Shown piece after piece: positions 9,548 through 18,663 of a stretch of DNA of 64,000 nt. Position numbers and translations under genes: made by a program. The notes under the pieces were generated by a model that searched no databases, had not been told where the DNA came from, and worked only from the letters and a program-made list of their open reading frames with translations. The DNA comes from Anaerolineae bacterium (GTDB lineage: Bacteria > Chloroflexota > Anaerolineae > B4-G1). Within the stretch, counting starts at the first letter, position 1. Each line of letters starts with the position of its first letter. The stretch spans positions 5,483 through 69,482 of the forward strand of contig DAOUBA010000058.1 in the NCBI GenBank assembly GCA_034432855.1, given 5' to 3'.

Positions 9548-10900
9548 ATGATGAACGAGCAGACGGAAAAACTCTCGGTCAAAACCAAACTGCTCTACGG
9601 CGTGGGCGATGTCGGCAATGCCGTCGTCAACTCGGCCATTCAGTTCTTTCTGCTGGCTTTCTACACGGACGGCGCGCTCATTGCGGCGGGCTTAGCCAGC
9701 ACCGCCCTCTGGGTAGCCAAGTTCTGGGATGCGGTCAACGATCCCTTGTTCGGCTGGATTTCCGACCGCACCACCTCGCGGTTTGGCAAGCGCCGCGTCT
9801 ATATAATCTTTGGCGCCCTGCCACTGGCTATTTCCATCGCCTTGCTCTGGCGCGTGCCCCTCGGCCTATCCGAGTGGGGGTCTTTAATCTGGATTGCCCT
9901 GACCTTTGTGCTCTTCGACACGTTGTGGACGCTGACCAACGTGCCCTACTATGCGCTGACCGCCGAGTTGACCGAGGACTATGACGAGCGTTCCAGCCTG
10001 ACCGCCTTTCGTATGGTGCTCGGCGTGCCGGCGTACATCGTGGGCGCTGCCCTGACCCCCTTCCTGGTCGGCCTGTTCGCGGACAAACGGACGGGATACG
10101 GCGTGGTCGGCGTGGTCTACGGCCTTCTGGCTGCCATTGTGCTGTGGATCGCGGCCGCCGGCATTCGCGAACGCCAACAGATCGCCGCGAGCAAGGCCGA
10201 AACGCCCCCGTTGCGCACGTTTTTAGAAACCTTCCGCAACCGGCCGTTTGTGCGGCTGATTGTGGCCTTTTTGCTCGCCAACGTGGCCTTTGCGCTGATC
10301 AAGACGCTGCTCTACTATTTCCTCACCTACCAACTGGACATGGAAAAGCAGGTGTCGGTGGTGATGTTCATCCTGTTGCTCCTGGTGGTTCTGTTTCTCT
10401 TTCCCTGGAAAAAATTGTCCGAGCGCCTCGACAAGGGGCCGGCTTACGCCCTGGGGCTGCTCATCGGCGGGGTGGCCATGGCGCTGACCTTTTTCCTGCC
10501 GCATCGGCCGACGCCCTGGGTGTACGTCATCGCGGTTTTGGCCGGCATCGGCTTTTCGGCGCAGTGGGTCTTTCCCTGGGCGATGGTGCCCGATGTGGTC
10601 GAGATTGACCGGCTGGACACCGGCGAGCATCGCGGGGGAATGTATTACGGGGTCTGGGGGCTGGCTACCAAACTGTCCGATGCGCTGGGCCTGGTCGCTG
10701 CCGGTTGGGTCTTGCAGCTCTCCGGTTATGTGCCCAACGTGGCGCAGAGCGCCAGCACGCTGTTGGGCATCCGCTTGTTCTTCGGGCCGGTTCCATTGCT
10801 CTTTATCCTCTTCTCGCTGCCGTTGTTGTTCCGGTATCCAATCACCCGCCGGAGTCACGCCGCGCTGTTGGCGAAACTCGAGACGGCCGGGAAGGAGTAA
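9548..10900 (+). CDS. MFS transporter, glycoside-pentoside-hexuronide (GPH):cation symporter family
   Basis: GPH/MelB-like signature KLLYGVGDVGNAVVNSAIQFFLLAFYTDGALIAAG...DAVNDPLFGWISDRTTSRFGKRR; 12 predicted TM segments; RBS aaaggag before ATG 9548. Confidence 0.8.
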   Translation: MMNEQTEKLSVKTKLLYGVGDVGNAVVNSAIQFFLLAFYTDGALIAAGLASTALWVAKFWDAVNDPLFGWISDRTTSRFGKRRVYIIFGALPLAISIALLWRVPLGLSEWGSLIWIALTFVLFDTLWTLTNVPYYALTAELTEDYDERSSLTAFRMVLGVPAYIVGAALTPFLVGLFADKRTGYGVVGVVYGLLAAIVLWIAAAGIRERQQIAASKAETPPLRTFLETFRNRPFVRLIVAFLLANVAFALIKTLLYYFLTYQLDMEKQVSVVMFILLLLVVLFLFPWKKLSERLDKGPAYALGLLIGGVAMALTFFLPHRPTPWVYVIAVLAGIGFSAQWVFPWAMVPDVVEIDRLDTGEHRGGMYYGVWGLATKLSDALGLVAAGWVLQLSGYVPNVAQSASTLLGIRLFFGPVPLLFILFSLPLLFRYPITRRSHAALLAKLETAGKE

Positions 10901-10903
10901 CGG

Positions 10904-12568
10904 ATGAAAGGACGCGGGTTGGTCGGCGCGTATGCGCGTGGGTTGTACCATGCATGTGGGGTGCGACAACCGGAAGGACGGCCGCTCATCGGGATCGCCA
11001 ACTCGTGGAACGAACTGGTCCCCGGCCACATTCATCTCCGCCAGGTGGCACAGGCGGTCAAAAGAGGTGTGCGGGCGGCCGGCGGTATCCCGCTCGAGTT
11101 CAACACGATTGGGCTGTGCGACGGCATCTGCCAGGGTGCGGGGATGCACGCCGTCTTGCCCAGCCGCGAGATCATCGCCGCCTCGGTCGAGTTGACGGCG
11201 CGGGCCTACGGATTCGACGCCATCGTCTGCCTGGCCTCGTGCGACAAGATCGTGCCGGGGATGTTGATGGCGGCGGCACGGCTCGACCTGCCGACCCTCT
11301 TTGTCAGCGGCGGGTTGATGGCCGAGGGGGAATGGGAGGGCAAACGGCTGGTGACCAGCGACATCAAAGAGGCCATCGGCCGCGCCCGCCGGGGTGAGAT
11401 CAACCGCCGCCAGTTGCACCAGATCGAGCGGGCGGCGTGTCCCGGCCCCGGCATCTGCAATATGATGGGCACCGCGAACACGATGTGTATGGCCCTGGAG
11501 GCGGCGGGGCTGAGCATGCCCGGCAATGCGACGATCCAGGCCACCGAACCCGCCTCGCGTCGGGTCAACCCCGCACTGCTGGACATGGCCCGCGCTGCAG
11601 GGCAGCATGCTGTAGCAAACATAGAGCGCGGAATCGCCTTTCGTCAGGTCGTGACCGCCGCGACGCTGCGCAACCTCATTGGCGTGGTGCAGGCAGTCGG
11701 CGGTTCGACCAACGTGGTGTTGCACCTGGCGGCGCTGGCGACGGAGCTGGGCCTGACGCTCGACCTGGACGAATGGGACCGCATTGGACGGCAAACGCCT
11801 TTGCTGGCGCGCTTCAAGCCGTCGTCGCCGCGCCCGGTCTCCGACCTTGGACGGGCGGGTGGTGTGCCGGCCCTGCTTAAACGGCTGGCCCCGCTTCTGG
11901 ACATGGACATCCCCACCGCTTTCGGCGGCACGCTGGCCGAGGTAGCGGCGCAAGCCGAGATCGCCGACCCCGAAATCATCCGCCCGTTGGACGACCCGTT
12001 GTCTCCCCTAGGGGGTATCGCCGTGCTGCGGGGCAACCTGGCGCCCGACGGCGCCGTGGTCAAGATGAGTGGGGTCTCGCCGGCGATGATGCGTCACGTG
12101 GGGCCGGCGCGGGTGTTCGACCGTGAGGAGGACGTGCAGGAATGTCTGCTGGGCGGGCGGGTCCGGCCGGGGGATGTGCTGGTCGTGCGCTACGAGGGGC
12201 CGCGCGGCGGGCCGGGGATGCGCGAACTGTCGCTGCCGGCGGCGATCATGGTCGGCATGGGGCTGGCGGACTCGGTGGCAATGGTCACCGACGGGCGGTT
12301 TTCCGGCGCGACACGCGGGCCGTGTATCGGGCACGTCTGCCCGGAGGCCGCCGTCGGCGGGCCGCTGGCCGCCCTGCGCGACGGCGACATCATAGAAATT
12401 GACATCCCGGCCCGCACGTTGAACGTCCGCCTGAGCGACGAGGAACTGCGGGCGCGTCTGCGCGACTGGGTGCCACCATCGAAAGAAATCCCGCCGGGAT
12501 TCCTGCGCCTCTATGCCCGTCACGTTGGTCCCGCCAGCCATGGAGCGGTACTCGGGCTGGGCGAGTAG
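10904..12568 (+). CDS. IlvD/EDD family dehydratase (dihydroxy-acid / sugar-acid dehydratase)
   Basis: The conserved motifs [17 protein letters not shown], ...[10 protein letters not shown]... (Fe-S ligands) and ...[21 protein letters not shown]... match the IlvD/EDD family. Confidence 0.85.
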   Translation: MKGRGLVGAYARGLYHACGVRQPEGRPLIGIANSWNELVPGHIHLRQVAQAVKRGVRAAGGIPLEFNTIGLCDGICQGAGMHAVLPSREIIAASVELTARAYGFDAIVCLASCDKIVPGMLMAAARLDLPTLFVSGGLMAEGEWEGKRLVTSDIKEAIGRARRGEINRRQLHQIERAACPGPGICNMMGTANTMCMALEAAGLSMPGNATIQATEPASRRVNPALLDMARAAGQHAVANIERGIAFRQVVTAATLRNLIGVVQAVGGSTNVVLHLAALATELGLTLDLDEWDRIGRQTPLLARFKPSSPRPVSDLGRAGGVPALLKRLAPLLDMDIPTAFGGTLAEVAAQAEIADPEIIRPLDDPLSPLGGIAVLRGNLAPDGAVVKMSGVSPAMMRHVGPARVFDREEDVQECLLGGRVRPGDVLVVRYEGPRGGPGMRELSLPAAIMVGMGLADSVAMVTDGRFSGATRGPCIGHVCPEAAVGGPLAALRDGDIIEIDIPARTLNVRLSDEELRARLRDWVPPSKEIPPGFLRLYARHVGPASHGAVLGLGE

Positions 12569-12688
12569 GGCCGGGGTGTTCGTGTGCGTCCTGTGCCACG
12601 CATGGCAGATTTTGCTTGCGCACACCTATACCCGGCACGAGGGCTGGATAGACTCAGTGGGTCGGGTCACGTCGTAGCGGGGCATCTA

Positions 12689-14821
12689 CTACGCCGTGCG
12701 CGGCAGCGTGAGCGTGACGCGGGTTGAGACGCCGGGGACGCTATCTACCGTGAGAGTGCCCCCGACGACGGCCATCAGCGTGCTGTGGAGCGCCAACCCC
12801 TGGCCGCTTGTTTCGGACGGGCTGAAAGCCTGATCCACGCCTACTCCGTCGTCCTCAACGGTGAGTACAAGTCCGCCTGTCCTGGAATCCACCGCAGGAT
12901 CGCGCCAGGCAGCGGCAATGCGGAGATGGAGCGGTCGCTCCGTGTCCTGGCCGCGTCCGTGACGGGCAGCGTTGCGAATCGCCTCGCGCGCTGCGCAAAA
13001 GAGCACCTCTGCAATGACCGGAGGGAGCAGACGAGCCTCCCGTTCCGCCTGGGGTTCAATATCCCACGCCACCCGGTCGAAGGTCTGCCCGAATTCCTCC
13101 TCCACGGCGCGGCGCAGCGCGTCCACCAATCCCCAACGGGCAACCTCCGGCACGACCGCCGTGGGCATCTCGCGCAAGAGATCGGCAATCTGGCGATGGG
13201 CCTGGGTCAGCAGCGCGGCGACCTCCTCCGGCCGGCCGCTGTCCAACGTGAGCAGCGCGGCGTGCAGGCGCGGGAGGACGTCGTCGTGCAGCGTGCGACG
13301 GGCGCGGTGGTCGAGCACCCAACTGTGGGCCAGCCGCTCGCGCTGCAGGGCCATCAGGCGGCGGGCCATCTCGGCGCCGGCCTGCGCGTCAATCAGCCGC
13401 TCTCCACCGGCGCGGGCGATTTCGATCTCCTCCTGGGTGTACAGGCCACCGTCGCGCTTTTCCCCCAACAGCAACACCCCGATCAGACCCCGTTCGCTCC
13501 ACAGGGGCACGGCCCACACGGCGCCCGCGTACTGCGCCGGATCGAGCGGCACGCACATCGTCTGCGGCGAAGTGAATCGTCCGGCGAGATCGCCGAGCGA
13601 CGGCGGTTCGCCGCCGGGGTAGGCCAGTGGCGCGCCTGCAAGCGGAGCAAGCGGCCCCAGGGCGATGAGGTAGGCCACACGCGCCCCCAGCACATCCGCG
13701 CACAGCGCGCGGAAAGGCGTGGCCGCGTCAGCGTCAGACGACGCCGCTGAAGCGAGCAGGTGTTCGTACAGCCGCTGGCTGCCGATGAAGGGGCGCAGGT
13801 TCTCGATGCTGCGCTCACGCTCGGCAAAGGAGCGCCAGCCGAACAGCGCATAGAAGGCAATGATCAGCAGTGTGCTCAAGAGAAGGCTGTAGGCCGGGCG
13901 CAGGTGGATGGCCAGGCTCCAGCCGGTCAGCGCACTGTAACCGGCAGCGAGAATCACGGCGCTACGCCACTGGCGGAAAAATCCACGCCGTGGCAGCGCC
14001 TTGCCGGTGAAAATCTCATAGGAGACGACGCCCTGTCCCAGCAGGATGACCGCTAGGCCGATCAGCATGGCGGTGACGAGGTCGAACCAGGCGACGGCGA
14101 GGGCAATGTCAGCATAACCGATGCCGGTACGAGAGAGTGAACCGTAGCGGAAAGTCAGTGCGACCCATCCCATCACCAGCGCCACGAGCAGGCTGACGGC
14201 GAGCAGCGCGAGCGAGGAGGCGATCAGCCAGGGGCGGGCGCGGCGGCGGGCGAGATCGCCCATCACGCGGGCCGAGGGCCCCGGACGGCGCAGTGCATCG
14301 AGTGAGAGCGTGATACACAGAACGATGTAGATGGGGTAGACCACGAGCAGGAGCGGGACGCCGCCTACCGCCAGCGTTCCGGGAAGAACCAACGCCGTCA
14401 CCTGCCAGAAAGAGGGAAGCGCCCCCGCAGCAAGCATCCCCAAGAGGCCCAGGCCAAGGAGGAGCACCAGGGGGAGCCAGAACCGGTGCCGGCGACGGGG
14501 CAGGGTCTGTGCGCCATCCCAGAAACCAGCGTACCAGAGCATTGCCACGTACCAGGCCGGCGGTGAGAGGATCACCGGCACCCAGCCCACGCGCCACCAA
14601 AACTCGAGCCCCCTTCCCAGGTAGTCCAGGCCGCGCCCCAGGATGGCGGTGTGGCTGATGAAGAACACGCCGCCCATCAGCAACCCTCCACCCGCAAGCC
14701 AGACGCCCCAGGAACGACGTTCGGCGTTGAGGAGCACCGTCAGCCCCAACCAGAGCAGCAGGAAGGTGTTGAACAGCGAGACGGCCAGCCCAGCCCAGTC
14801 GAGGAAAAAATCGCCGGTCAT
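12689..14821 (-). CDS. Sensor histidine kinase: polytopic membrane N-terminus (about 10 TM), GAF-like domain, HisKA_3 (NarL-type) and HATPase_c
   Basis: H-box HDDVLPRLHAALLTL; ATPase motifs EAIRNAARHG...LVLTVEDDGVGV; extensive hydrophobic N-terminal half. Confidence 0.8.
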   Translation of the reverse strand: MTGDFFLDWAGLAVSLFNTFLLLWLGLTVLLNAERRSWGVWLAGGGLLMGGVFFISHTAILGRGLDYLGRGLEFWWRVGWVPVILSPPAWYVAMLWYAGFWDGAQTLPRRRHRFWLPLVLLLGLGLLGMLAAGALPSFWQVTALVLPGTLAVGGVPLLLVVYPIYIVLCITLSLDALRRPGPSARVMGDLARRRARPWLIASSLALLAVSLLVALVMGWVALTFRYGSLSRTGIGYADIALAVAWFDLVTAMLIGLAVILLGQGVVSYEIFTGKALPRRGFFRQWRSAVILAAGYSALTGWSLAIHLRPAYSLLLSTLLIIAFYALFGWRSFAERERSIENLRPFIGSQRLYEHLLASAASSDADAATPFRALCADVLGARVAYLIALGPLAPLAGAPLAYPGGEPPSLGDLAGRFTSPQTMCVPLDPAQYAGAVWAVPLWSERGLIGVLLLGEKRDGGLYTQEEIEIARAGGERLIDAQAGAEMARRLMALQRERLAHSWVLDHRARRTLHDDVLPRLHAALLTLDSGRPEEVAALLTQAHRQIADLLREMPTAVVPEVARWGLVDALRRAVEEEFGQTFDRVAWDIEPQAEREARLLPPVIAEVLFCAAREAIRNAARHGRGQDTERPLHLRIAAAWRDPAVDSRTGGLVLTVEDDGVGVDQAFSPSETSGQGLALHSTLMAVVGGTLTVDSVPGVSTRVTLTLPRTA

Positions 14822-14825
14822 TCGT

Positions 14826-15224
14826 CTACTTTACTCGCAACTCCTCCCATTCGCCACCCCGGTTGATCTGGCACTCCCACCGGTAACCATCCAGCCCTTC
14901 ATTGATTCTGGCGCAATGGATGGTCACGGTGTGGTTCTGCGCTTGTTCGATGTATTGGTGGCCGATTCTTTCGACGATGGCATCGGCCAGGTCAACGATG
15001 GCAGGTTCGGGGATTTCGGGTTCCGTGACCTTGCAGTGGAGCCATTCGGCCATTTGACAGGAAACCGTCCAGGCATCGGCGTTGGGGTTGCTTGCGTGGA
15101 TATAGTCCATCACGGCGTCGGCGGTGTTCTCCGAGAGATATATCTCCCGTGGCAGCCAACCGCACGCCAGAAGGAGAATCGCGAGCGTCGTACCCAATAT
15201 AAGAATTCTCCAGAAGGATTGCAT
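14826..15224 (-). CDS. Small Cys-rich lipoprotein (hypothetical) encoded between the response regulator and the histidine kinase
   Basis: Lipobox LLLAC-G after a hydrophobic leader; four further Cys; no recognisable family; 5 bp from the histidine-kinase start. Confidence 0.45.
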   Translation of the reverse strand: MQSFWRILILGTTLAILLLACGWLPREIYLSENTADAVMDYIHASNPNADAWTVSCQMAEWLHCKVTEPEIPEPAIVDLADAIVERIGHQYIEQAQNHTVTIHCARINEGLDGYRWECQINRGGEWEELRVK

Positions 15225-15230
15225 GTCTCC

Positions 15231-15968
15231 CTACAAATCCAATTCCACCCACTTGCCCGACGGGTCCGCCACGCGAGGGATACCGTCTTCGTCCCACAGG
15301 ATCAACTGGCGGCGGTGGTAGATGAGCGCCGCTCGCGTGCGCGCCACCTTGTCGTCCGTCGTGCTGCCGGCCAAACCCCAGGCGGCATAGATCTGCCCGT
15401 TGGTGCGGCTGACGGCGCGCGCATCCCGAAAGCCCAGTCGTGCGGCGATTTGCTCGTTGGTCAGCCCCTGCGCCAGCAATGCCACCACCTCGCGTTCGTT
15501 CGGCTCCAACAGCGCCAGCGGGTCATATTCGTCTTTGTAGCGCACCTCCTGCACCCGCGCCTCGATTTCCGGGTCAATGAAGGAGCGTCCGGCGACGGCG
15601 TCGCGCAGCAGGGGCACGATGCTCTCCGGCAGCAGATAGTTGCTCTTGCGGACGTAGGCATAATGGCTCAGGATGCCCGAGCGCAGGAAATCGCGGTAGT
15701 AGGCATCATCGTCCTGGATGGAGTAAAAGACGACCGGCAGGCGCGGATATTCGCGCCGCAAGGCGACGGCGGCCTGGATGCCGTTCATCTCCCCGGCCAG
15801 TTGCACATCCATCAACACCACGTCGGGCGGAACGGAAAGGCAACACGCGAGCGCCTTCTCGCCGTTGGCGGCCTCGCCCACCACCTGCACACTGCCAGTG
15901 GCCTCCAGCCCAATTTTGAGCGCGCGGCGCAGTGCGGCGTTGTCTTCCACCAGGAACGTCTTGAGCAT
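15231..15968 (-). CDS. NarL/LuxR family two-component response regulator with a roughly 60-aa C-terminal extension beyond the HTH
   Basis: Receiver domain MLKTFLVEDNAALRR...VVLMDVQLAGEMNGIQ..; LuxR HTH ...EREVVALLAQGLTNEQIAARLG...; start refined to MLKTF at 15968. Confidence 0.85.
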   Translation of the reverse strand: MLKTFLVEDNAALRRALKIGLEATGSVQVVGEAANGEKALACCLSVPPDVVLMDVQLAGEMNGIQAAVALRREYPRLPVVFYSIQDDDAYYRDFLRSGILSHYAYVRKSNYLLPESIVPLLRDAVAGRSFIDPEIEARVQEVRYKDEYDPLALLEPNEREVVALLAQGLTNEQIAARLGFRDARAVSRTNGQIYAAWGLAGSTTDDKVARTRAALIYHRRQLILWDEDGIPRVADPSGKWVELDL

Positions 15969-16015
15969 TGCGACCTCGGTGCAGCCCATAATTGTAACCG
16001 ATTTGCCCCCGCGCA

Positions 16016-16077
16016 TCAAGCACTCAAGTGCATGCAGGTCGAATTGCCAATTCGAACTGCGTCAAGCACTCAAGTGC
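16016..16077. promoter_or_regulatory. Two copies of a 16-bp direct repeat TCAAGCACTCAAGTGC (16016-16031, 16062-16077) in the divergent region between the response regulator and the small-protein/rSAM operon, a candidate regulator-binding site
   Basis: Read directly; each copy contains a GCAC-N4-GTGC mini-inverted repeat; the copies are 46 bp apart and lie upstream of the putative promoter at 16100-16129. Confidence 0.4.
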
Positions 16078-16099
16078 GCGGAATTGTGACATCGAGGCG

Positions 16100-16129
16100 T
16101 GGACTCAGTCTCGCCTCTTGCGGTAGAAT
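16100..16129 (+). promoter_or_regulatory. Putative promoter TGGACT-18 bp-TAGAAT for the small-membrane-protein/radical-SAM operon
   Basis: tggactcagtctcgcctcttgcggtagaat, 28 bp upstream of ATG 16157. Confidence 0.35.
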
Positions 16130-16156
16130 GGTCGTAGAACGAAGGAGCAAGCGCCT

Positions 16157-16342
16157 ATGATAGACACAATATTCAACCTGTGCATCTGGCTGTTGTACCG
16201 GCTGGCCGGCCTGCTCCACACAACTTACCAGGCGGTCAATGTATGGATTTTTGTGGTGATCTGGCCGTTGATCACCCTCGCCCTGATCGTAGCCGTGGTG
16301 GTGCAGCGGTCGGAGATTCGGCGACTGCGCGCCAGGAGGTGA
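16157..16342 (+). CDS. Small hydrophobic protein (61 aa, two predicted TM helices, basic C-tail), translationally coupled to the downstream radical SAM gene
   Basis: Strong RBS gaaggag 8 nt upstream of ATG; sequence MIDTIFNLCIWLLYRLAGLLHTTYQAVNVWIFVVIWPLITLALIVAVVVQRSEIRRLRARR; its stop lies 5 nt before the rSAM ATG. Confidence 0.5.
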   Translation: MIDTIFNLCIWLLYRLAGLLHTTYQAVNVWIFVVIWPLITLALIVAVVVQRSEIRRLRARR

Positions 16343-16347
16343 GCCCG

Positions 16348-17793
16348 ATGAAAGTCAAGATGATTCTGCCGGCGCTGACCGAGGCCAAAAGCCCGTATTG
16401 GCGCCCCATCAAGTACTCGCTCTTCCCGCCGTTGGGACTGGCGACGCTGGCGGGGTATCTCTCCGCGGACGACGAGGTCGTAATCCAGGATGAGCACGTC
16501 GAGACGCTGGGCCTGGACGACGAGCCGGACCTGGTTGCGATTGAGGTGTACATCACCTCGGCGCGACGCGCCTACGAACTGGCCGACCACTACCGGGCGC
16601 GGGGGGCGCACGTGGCGCTGGGCGGCCTGCACGTGACCGCACTGCCCGAGGAAGCCACCCGCCACGCCGATACGATCTTTCTCGGCCCCGGCGAGGACAC
16701 CTGGCCCGCCTTCCTGGCCGATTTGCGGGCGGGACGGCCGGGGCGGGTCTACCGCTCAACCGTGCGCTGCCTGGCGGGGATGCCACGCCCGCGCCGCGAT
16801 CTCATCAAGCGCCACCTCTATCTTGCGCCCAATTCGCTCGTCGTCTCGCGCGGCTGCCCGCACCACTGCGATTTCTGCTACAAGGATGCCTTCTTCGCGG
16901 GCGGCAAGTCGTTCTACACCCAGCCGCTGGACGAGGCGCTGGCGGAGATCGAATCGCTGCCGGGCCGCCACCTGTTTTTCCTCGATGATAACATCTTGGG
17001 CGACGCGCGTTTCGCAGCGGCTCTATTCGACGCGATGCGTGGGATGGGGCGGGTATGGCAGGCAGCGGGAACGGTGCAGGCTGTTCTCCAACCCGGCCTC
17101 CTGGAAAAGGCCGCGGCGAGCGGCCTGCGCAGCCTGTTCGTCGGCTTCGAGACGCTTCATCCGGGCAATCTGAAGGCGCAGCACAAGATGCATAATCTCA
17201 ACCGTGATTACCGCGTCGCCATCCGCCGTCTGCACGATCACGGGGTCATGGTCAACGCGAGTTTCGTCTTTGGGATGGACGAGGACAACGAGACGGTGTT
17301 CGACCGCACAGTGGAATGGGCGCTCGAGCAGGGCATCGAAACGGCGACGTTCCACATCCTCACCCCCTACCCCGGCACGGCGCTCTTTGCGAGGATGGAG
17401 GCCGAGGGGCGTATCACGACCTACGACTGGGACCTCTATGACACGCGCCACGTGGTCTTCCGTCCGGCCAGGATGTCGGCAGAGGCGCTGGAAGCAGGCT
17501 ACTGGCGCGCCTACGAGCAGTTCTACCGCTGGGGATCCATCTTCCGCGCAGCCTGGGTGCAAGGTACGTGGCGCGAGCGGCTACGCCATCTGGCCTATGC
17601 GGGGGGCTGGAAGAAATTCGAGCCGCTATGGGACGTGATCATCCGCGCCGGTCAGGTCTCGCGGTTTCTGCCGCTGTTGGAGAGGGTGCTGGATGGGGCA
17701 AGTTTGCAAGTAGGCAAGTTTGCAAGTATGCAAGCATGCAAGTATGCAGGTGGGCAGAGGTATGCAGGGTGGCAAACGGGGGTGCGTTTATGA
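16348..17793 (+). CDS. B12-binding radical SAM protein (class B rSAM with a DUF4070-type C-terminal region)
   Basis: N-terminal cobalamin-binding domain (..VVIQDEHVETLGLDDEPDLVAIEVYITSARRAYELA..); CxxxCxxC cluster SRGCPHHCDFCYKD; DUF4070-like C-terminus. RBS aggaggtgag. The last roughly 30 codons read through the 8-bp tandem repeats. Confidence 0.85.
   Translation: MKVKMILPALTEAKSPYWRPIKYSLFPPLGLATLAGYLSADDEVVIQDEHVETLGLDDEPDLVAIEVYITSARRAYELADHYRARGAHVALGGLHVTALPEEATRHADTIFLGPGEDTWPAFLADLRAGRPGRVYRSTVRCLAGMPRPRRDLIKRHLYLAPNSLVVSRGCPHHCDFCYKDAFFAGGKSFYTQPLDEALAEIESLPGRHLFFLDDNILGDARFAAALFDAMRGMGRVWQAAGTVQAVLQPGLLEKAAASGLRSLFVGFETLHPGNLKAQHKMHNLNRDYRVAIRRLHDHGVMVNASFVFGMDEDNETVFDRTVEWALEQGIETATFHILTPYPGTALFARMEAEGRITTYDWDLYDTRHVVFRPARMSAEALEAGYWRAYEQFYRWGSIFRAAWVQGTWRERLRHLAYAGGWKKFEPLWDVIIRAGQVSRFLPLLERVLDGASLQVGKFASMQACKYAGGQRYAGWQTGVRL
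17695..17775. repeat. Tandem 8-bp repeat array, GCAAGTNT x about 9-10, at the extreme 3' end of the rSAM ORF
   Basis: gcaagttt gcaagtag gcaagttt gcaagtat gcaagcat gcaagtat gcaggtgg ... read directly. The period is 8, not a multiple of 3. Confidence 0.6.
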
Positions 17794-17941
17794 AGTGGTC
17801 ATTGGGTAAACAGGCTGGTCTGGTGCAGGAGCCCTTGTGGGCGGAGGCGCAGAGGAGCGGGAGAGCAGGGTAGCCGGGGTGAGAGGGAGACAGGGGAGGG
17901 GTCAATACTCTCGTCGGCCAGAAATCGCAAAGGGGTACCCA

Positions 17942-18190
17942 TCAGGCCGGCTGTAACAGGATAGTTTCGTGAGCCAGTGTATCCGCAGCGTAAGCCAGGG
18001 CTGCTAGGATCTCGGCGTGGGTCGGGCGAGGATAGGCATCCAGCAAGTCGGCTTCGGTGGCCCCTTCACCAAGTTTCTGGATGATGAGTTCGACGGAGAT
18101 GCGCGTGCCGCGAATGACGGGCTTGCCCATCATCACGTCTGGGTTGATCTCGATGCGATCCGCCAGGGATAGCGCGCTGATTAGCGACAT
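17942..18190 (-). CDS. DUF433 domain protein (antitoxin-like small DNA-binding protein), orphan
   Basis: MSLISALSLADRIEINPDVMMGKPVIRGTRISVELIIQKLGEGATEADLLDAYPRPTHAEILAALAYA matches the DUF433 pattern (GKPVI.GTRI.V..I). RBS gagg; no DUF5615/PIN partner downstream. Confidence 0.7.
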   Translation of the reverse strand: MSLISALSLADRIEINPDVMMGKPVIRGTRISVELIIQKLGEGATEADLLDAYPRPTHAEILAALAYAADTLAHETILLQPA

Positions 18191-18233
18191 CTCAACCTCC
18201 CTCGTTATCTGCAGGCGATTGTAACACACTTCG

Positions 18234-18488
18234 CTATAGACTGTCAAGACCGAGGCGGCAGTGGAGTTCATAGCCGTCCCGCTGAGGGGGCAGCCCCAGC
18301 ACCCGGACCGTCCCCCGGTCGGGGCGGCGCAGCCCCTCCACGCACTCAATGGTGGTGGTCTTCCCGGCGCCGTTGGGGCCGACCATGCCGAAAATCTCCC
18401 CCTCCTCCACGGTGAAGGAGACGCCGTCCACAGCGCGCACCGGCCCGTAGGATTTATGCAGGCCGTTGACCTCTATCGCGATGCTCAT
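18234..18488 (-). pseudogene. Truncated ABC transporter ATP-binding protein (N-terminal 84 aa only)
   Basis: Walker A GPNGAGKTT within MSIAIEVNGLHKSYGPVRAVDGVSFTVEEGEIFGMVGPNGAGKTTTIECVEGL.., but the ORF stops after about 80 aa with no Q-loop, signature or Walker B. Confidence 0.6.
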
Positions 18489-18492
18489 TGGC

Positions 18493-18663
18493 TCACTCCT
18501 GTAGAAATGTCAGCGCGAGGGCCAGCAGGCCGATCCCCAGCAGCAGGACCATCGTCCCCACATCCGCCGCGCCCAGGATGTGAAGAATAACCACCGCCAC
18601 ACCCATTGCCAGGGCCAGCGCCCTGAGGATCAGAGTGACCATTTTGTCGATCTTACTGCTCAT
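18493..18663 (-). CDS. Small membrane protein (56 aa, two TM)
   Basis: MSSKIDKMVTLILRALALAMGVAVVILHILGAADVGTMVLLLGIGLLALALTFLQE; RBS agggagg; overlaps the stop of the upstream regulator gene. Confidence 0.45.
   Translation of the reverse strand: MSSKIDKMVTLILRALALAMGVAVVILHILGAADVGTMVLLLGIGLLALALTFLQE

Noticed and set aside
10223-11953. 576-aa minus-strand ORF
   Set aside because: Antisense to the GPH transporter and IlvD/EDD genes, whose own frames carry unambiguous family motifs.
14643-16160. 505-aa plus-strand ORF
   Set aside because: Antisense to the lipoprotein and response-regulator genes; no motifs; the response regulator on the opposite strand has a clear receiver + HTH architecture.
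16157-16342. The small ORF upstream of the B12-rSAM as a RiPP precursor peptide
   Set aside because: The peptide is dominated by two long hydrophobic helices and a basic tail, resembling a small membrane protein rather than a leader plus Cys/Ser/Thr-rich core; it is kept only as a coupled partner of unknown role.
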